This document shows, in pieces, positions 62,499 through 64,000 of a stretch of DNA of 64,000 bases (position 1 is its first letter; every line of letters starts with the position of its first letter). The translations under genes and the position numbers were made by a program. The notes beneath the pieces were generated by a model that worked only from the letters and a program-made list of their open reading frames with translations, did not search any database and was not told the DNA's origin. This DNA comes from Camelus ferus (taxonomy: Eukaryota), in NCBI RefSeq assembly GCF_009834535.1, contig NC_045697.1, forward strand, positions 46,874,001 to 46,938,000, in the 5' to 3' direction.

Positions 62499-64000
62499 TG
62501 CACAAACACAAAAAGTGATGCATTAACATCTATTTTGGCTCTCCTTTTATAACTGATTTTTAGACATTATTTCCAAATTACCATTTAACATCATTTCAGC
62601 TTCGCAAAGACTTGAGGTCAAAACCAGGAAGCTCTGGAGAGCTATGTGAACTTATTTATTCATGAAACCAGTTGGTGGGCATATGACATTGTCATCCGGT
62701 TCATTTTCATTTTACCTGTGGCAAAATCAGTTCATGTGGACCTAATCTATCCAAAAGGCAGACGACTCTTGAACCCTGTAAGGGAAGACTCTATAAAGGA
62801 TGCACAAAGCAGCTCTGTAGTGGGAACATTTCCCTCCTAGCTCCTCAATTAAACATAGCAGCAAAAGCAGCTGGAATTAAGGGAAAGGACAACTCTAGCA
62901 CCCAGTAAGAGCCTTAGATGTAGTTTCTATTGTCAGGCAAAGTGCCGTTGGCTGAATTCATGTGAACTTACATTACAATAGGTATATAAAAAGGAGAGAG
63001 AGAAAAATCATAACTGAGAGGAAAAACAGTGGAGCTGATTTTTTACAGCAGTTACCTCTGAAAAAGCTGCATGCACAGTCTATTGAGCATTGTGGCCAGA
63101 ACTCCCAGCTTCAAGGTCTCCATGTCACAGATGGTTTATCCAGAGAAAAATGATAATGGCTGAAAACTGCTTGGGTTTTTATTGTTAATGGGGGCAAGGA
63201 AAGGAACAGACTGATACACCACGAATAATGAAAACATCATTTTCATTGTTATACAGCACAAATTACAGATGAAACAAACTGCTAACTTCAGGTACAATGG
63301 TTGTTGAAATAAGAAGTTTTATGATTTTAAGGACAAAGGAGAAAGGAGACCTGCCTCTTACCCCACAACTCTCCACATCTAAGGCTCCGTGATTACTGTC
63401 AAGTGTCACTATCCACGGAAAAGGAAAGGGATGATAGCCTGGGAATTTCTCTTAATGCCTCTTGATGCACACAGTCAACCATCTTTGATTCTTTTTTGCT
63501 GCCAGAAGAATTATCAGTTGAGAACATTATGTAATCGGGTACGGAGTTATTTGATGCCAAAAAGTATGTACAATGACTATAAGAATGAGATAAGAATGCC
63601 CATGCATTTTTGTTATGATGTATTCAGGGTTCACCTTTCTTCAAAACTGACCATGGTCAACAATTTTAGAGGCAGAATTTGTGTTCAGAATTAAGCAGCA
63701 AACTGTTCCAGCAAATCCTAGTGGGCAATGTACGATGCCTTAACATCCAGAGGGTCACTTGCCAGTAATTATGTGCTTTAACAGGAAATTATTTTCCCTT
63801 CCTTTCAAGGAGAATTTACTGTCTTAAAGAAATTGAGTTATTCTATTTGTTTAAATATTCCTTATGTGCTTGGGAGGGGAAAGAAAGAGACACAAACAGT
63901 TCCTTTTCTACTTTATTTGCATTGAGATAAAAGATCTGCTTCAGCTCTTTTGTTTGTTTGAGTTCTTGGCTACCTTCTGCTTTTCTGGAAATTATCACAC

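Noticed and set aside
1548..63694. The many 60-170 aa ORFs in the track as protein-coding genes
   Set aside because: Apart from the L1 ORF2 and ERVL remnants, none resembles a protein I recognise. Most lie in decayed repeats or use non-ATG starts, as expected by chance in mammalian non-coding DNA.
1..64000. CRISPR array, tRNA/rRNA genes, prokaryotic operons or defence systems
   Set aside because: The sequence is clearly mammalian. I saw no regularly spaced direct repeats and no structured RNA gene signatures.

Overview
This is mammalian (eutherian) genomic DNA: AT-rich, with no CpG island, no intact protein-coding gene and no recognisable RNA gene. It reads as a large intron or gene-desert segment. 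It is most likely camelid (inference): the young L1 3' ends are of cetartiodactyl type, and I see no Alu, B1/B2, Bov-A/BovB, CHR or PRE1 SINEs. Roughly half the window is transposon relics: MIR, L2, L3/CR1, old L1M, MaLR and ERVL LTRs, a decayed ERVL provirus with integrase and dUTPase remnants, and MER58 and Tigger2 MITEs. Several lineage-specific L1 insertions keep visible target-site duplications (TSDs). These include a 2 kb 5'-truncated L1, an L1 nested in an L1, a twin-priming inverted L1 inside a MIR, and an orphan poly(A) insertion. Between the repeats are repeat-free blocks dense in PBX-HOX, MEIS, E-box, POU and SOX motifs that look like developmental enhancers. There are also a few candidate minus-strand exons. 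I cannot name a host gene, and I found no evidence for a novel coding system. All repeat family names come from recalled consensus similarity, not a database search, and boundaries of old repeats are approximate.
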